Shown piece by piece: positions 61,496-64,000 of a stretch of 64,000 bases of DNA (position 1 is the stretch's first letter; each line of letters opens with the position of its first letter). A model generated the notes under the pieces. It ran no database searches and was not told the DNA's origin. It worked only from the letters and a program-made list of their open reading frames with translations. The position numbers were made by a program, and so were the translations under genes. Source of the DNA: Octopus sinensis (lineage: Eukaryota); the NCBI RefSeq assembly GCF_006345805.1, contig NC_042999.1:154504001-154568000 (forward strand), given 5' to 3'.

Positions 61496-61799
61496 ATATA
61501 TACACACACATACAAAATTTAGAGGACTGACCACTAAAGTGGACAGCCTATATGCTAAACATAGACGTCAAATCGCCATTTTTTAATCTTTGGATTTTTT
61601 GGCGTCAAATCGCCAATTTTTAATCTTCGAATTTTTTTAATATGCTAAGCCACTAGTTTTAATTTATTAATATCAATTTCTACCCTTATTATTTAATATA
61701 TATATACGATTTTAAAATAGGATAAAATCTTTATAAGAAATTATCAAGTAGTTAGCGTGAAAAACATAATAAAGGAAAAATTTATTAATTATTCCCTGT

Positions 61800-62222
61800 A
61801 TTTATCTTTTATCTTTTTATCTTTTACTTGTTTCAGTCATTTGACTGCGGCCATGCTGGAGCACCGCCTTTAATCGAGCAACTCGACCCCGGGACTTATT
61901 CTTCTTGTAAGCCCAGTACTTATTCTATCGGTCTCTTTTGCCGAACCGCTAAGTAACGGAGACATAAACACACCAGCGTCGGTTGTCAAGCAATGCTAGG
62001 GGGACAAACACGGATACACAAACACACACATACATATATATATATATACATATATACGACAGGCTTCTTTCAGTTTCCGTCTACCAAATCCACTCACATG
62101 GCATTGGTCGGCCCGGGGCTATAGTAGAAGACACTTGCTCAAGGTGCCACGCAGTGGGACTGAACCCGGAACCATGTGGTTTGTTAGCAAGCTACTTACC
62201 ACACAGCCACTCCTGCGCCTAT
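61800..62222 (-). mobile_element. SINE family B, full length, young
   Basis: Close match to family consensus. Confidence 0.9.
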
Positions 62223-62379
62223 GTATATATATTTATTTATATTAAGACCATTACTAAACATAAATGCCTCACGCTAAGAGGTACTCTTACAGTCAAATCT
62301 ACCATAATAAATAAACACATTGTATCGTACTCGAGGGAATGCGACTCTCGAAGTGAGCATTTTAAAAACAGAATTCAGG

Positions 62380-62437
62380 TGTATATCATATGATTTCATA
62401 ATTAGTGCTCAAAATGCACTTTTTAATCGTCAGTGCA
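62380..62437 (-). ncRNA. Hammerhead motif (U.U-closed stem II, AUA triplet)
   Basis: tgca CTGACGA t taa aa agtgc/gcact aa tta t GAAA, palindromic atcatatgat, a, taca. Confidence 0.55.
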
Positions 62438-63241
62438 AGCATAATTCACGATACATAAAAATGAACAAAAATCAACATACCAGATGAACAGCAAATGTAT
62501 CCAGCATAGTACATAGAATTGTTCACACTTATATATCTATGTAAAAGGCGGGCTTTTCGAATTGCATCTCGATATATGTCTTTACTCAGAATAAAATTCA
62601 GCACTGAATATATTCCGGTTAAATTTACAATTGAAAAATAGGATAAAATCTTCATAAGAATTTATCAAGTAGTTAGCGTGAAAAACCTCATAAGGGGAAA
62701 ATCCATCAATTATTCCTCTTAAATATATTTATTTATATTGAGAGCATTACTATACATAAATGCCTCAGGCTAGGAGAGAGACTTTTAAAGTCAAAACTAC
62801 CATAATAAACACAGTTGACAATTCTTGAAATGTTCTTCAGCTTAAAAATATATATATGTGGTGGGGGTGTATGTATGTATTTATATGTATGTATGTATTA
62901 CAAATTTATTTCAGCATTGTTTGTTGTTGTTGTTGTTGTTGCTGCTGCTGATGTTGTTGCTGTGTTTATTATGGTAGTTTAGACTTTAAGAGTCTCTCCT
63001 AGCGTGAGGCATTTATGTATAGTAATGCTCTTAACATAAATAAATATATTTAAGAGGAATAATTGATGGAGTTTTCCCTTATGAGGTTTTTCACGCTAAC
63101 TACTTGATAAATTCTTATAAAGATTTTATCCTATTTTTCAATTGTCAATTTAACCGGAATATATTCAGTGCTGAATTAGCGTGAGGCATTTATGATAGTA
63201 ATGCCCTTAATATATAATATATAATATATATGTATATATAT

Positions 63242-63319
<78 letters not shown>

Positions 63320-63321
<2 letters not shown>

Positions 63322-63450
63322 TTATTTTATAGAAGGAGCTTCTACAGGACTAGAACTGTTTCATTCAAAAGAAATCATCAGGAGCTTCCTGATGATTTCT
63401 TTTGAATGAAACAGTTCTAGTCCTGTAGAAGCTCCTTCTATAAAATAAAT
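63320..63450. repeat. Perfect fold-back palindrome, 64-bp arms, 3-nt loop
   Basis: 63320-63383 versus 63387-63450. Confidence 0.92.
63382..63434 (+). ncRNA. Type I hammerhead ribozyme motif
   Basis: gagcttc CTGATGA t ttc-tttt-gaa t GAAA acag/ctgt GUA gaagctc. Confidence 0.75.
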
Positions 63451-63618
63451 TAATTTACTCTGCTATGTATTGAGTACCTTATTTACTGTGGTTAACCCCG
63501 ACTCAACCCGGGACCTACATATATATATATAATAAATATTAGGGAATAAATCCAAATTTACAGGGAAAAAAATCAGATTTAGGATTAAATCCAATTTTAT
63601 AGTAAAATATTATATAAT

Positions 63619-63796
63619 ATTAATTAGAGACAAAACCACTATTTTGCAAAACAAACAAGGAAAGACTTAATCAATACATAAAATTTTAATAAAAAGTAAA
63701 AAAACCGCGGTTTTTTTACTTTTTATTAAAATTTTATGTATTGATTAAGTCTTTCCTTGTTTGTTTTGCAAAATAGTGGTTTTGTCTCTAATTAAT
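63619..63796. repeat. Perfect spacer-less palindrome, 89-bp arms, from a PLE pLTR tail
   Basis: Centre ccg|cgg at 63707/63708; arm homologous to 36510-36580. Confidence 0.92.
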
Positions 63797-63798
63797 AT

Positions 63799-63891
<93 letters not shown>

Positions 63892-63936
63892 GTATATATA
63901 TATATATATATTATAACTCACTCTGAGATTTATCAT

Positions 63937-63982
<46 letters not shown>

Positions 63983-64000
63983 TGTATGTATGCGTGTTTG

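Larger units (their letters stand above)
61700..63177 (-). mobile_element. PLE remnant with two direct and one inverted pLTR-like copies
   Basis: 61700-62320 (SINE-interrupted) and 62595-62814 are direct copies; 62960-63177 is inverted; possible GIY-YIG C-terminal remnant at 62446-62590. Confidence 0.6.

Overview
AT-rich eukaryotic DNA saturated with microsatellites and transposon relics. The SINE families and repeat style point to a cephalopod, probably Octopus (inference, not searched). I find no convincing host-gene exon, tRNA/rRNA gene or CRISPR array, and most ORF-track entries are translations of (TA)n, (TG)n, (TATG)n, (TAGA)n or (AAT)n tracts. The only intact coding unit is a young ~4.3 kb Penelope-like retroelement (PLE; 18148-22426) bounded by 269-bp inverted pseudo-LTRs. 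It has a coiled-coil/basic ORF1 and an RT + GIY-YIG ORF2 that overlap in the -1 frame across an in-register U_UUU_UUA heptamer. The same 14-nt motif is conserved in a divergent PLE fragment at ~25 kb, which suggests gag-pol-like programmed -1 frameshifting. The window also holds more than a dozen minimal type I hammerhead ribozyme motifs from several PLE families. These include U3:A8 and G3:C8 covariant cores, very long stem II insertions, and short fold-back palindromes centred next to the ribozymes. Other content: R4/Dong-type (TAA)n-associated LINE fragments, RTE and CR1/L2-like fragments, three abundant SINE families, non-autonomous Helitrons, Tc1/mariner remnants, and a ~600-bp tandem array whose (ATT)n tracts received independent insertions. 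All alignments and RNA folds were done by eye; SINE and remnant boundaries are approximate (about +/-20 bp).
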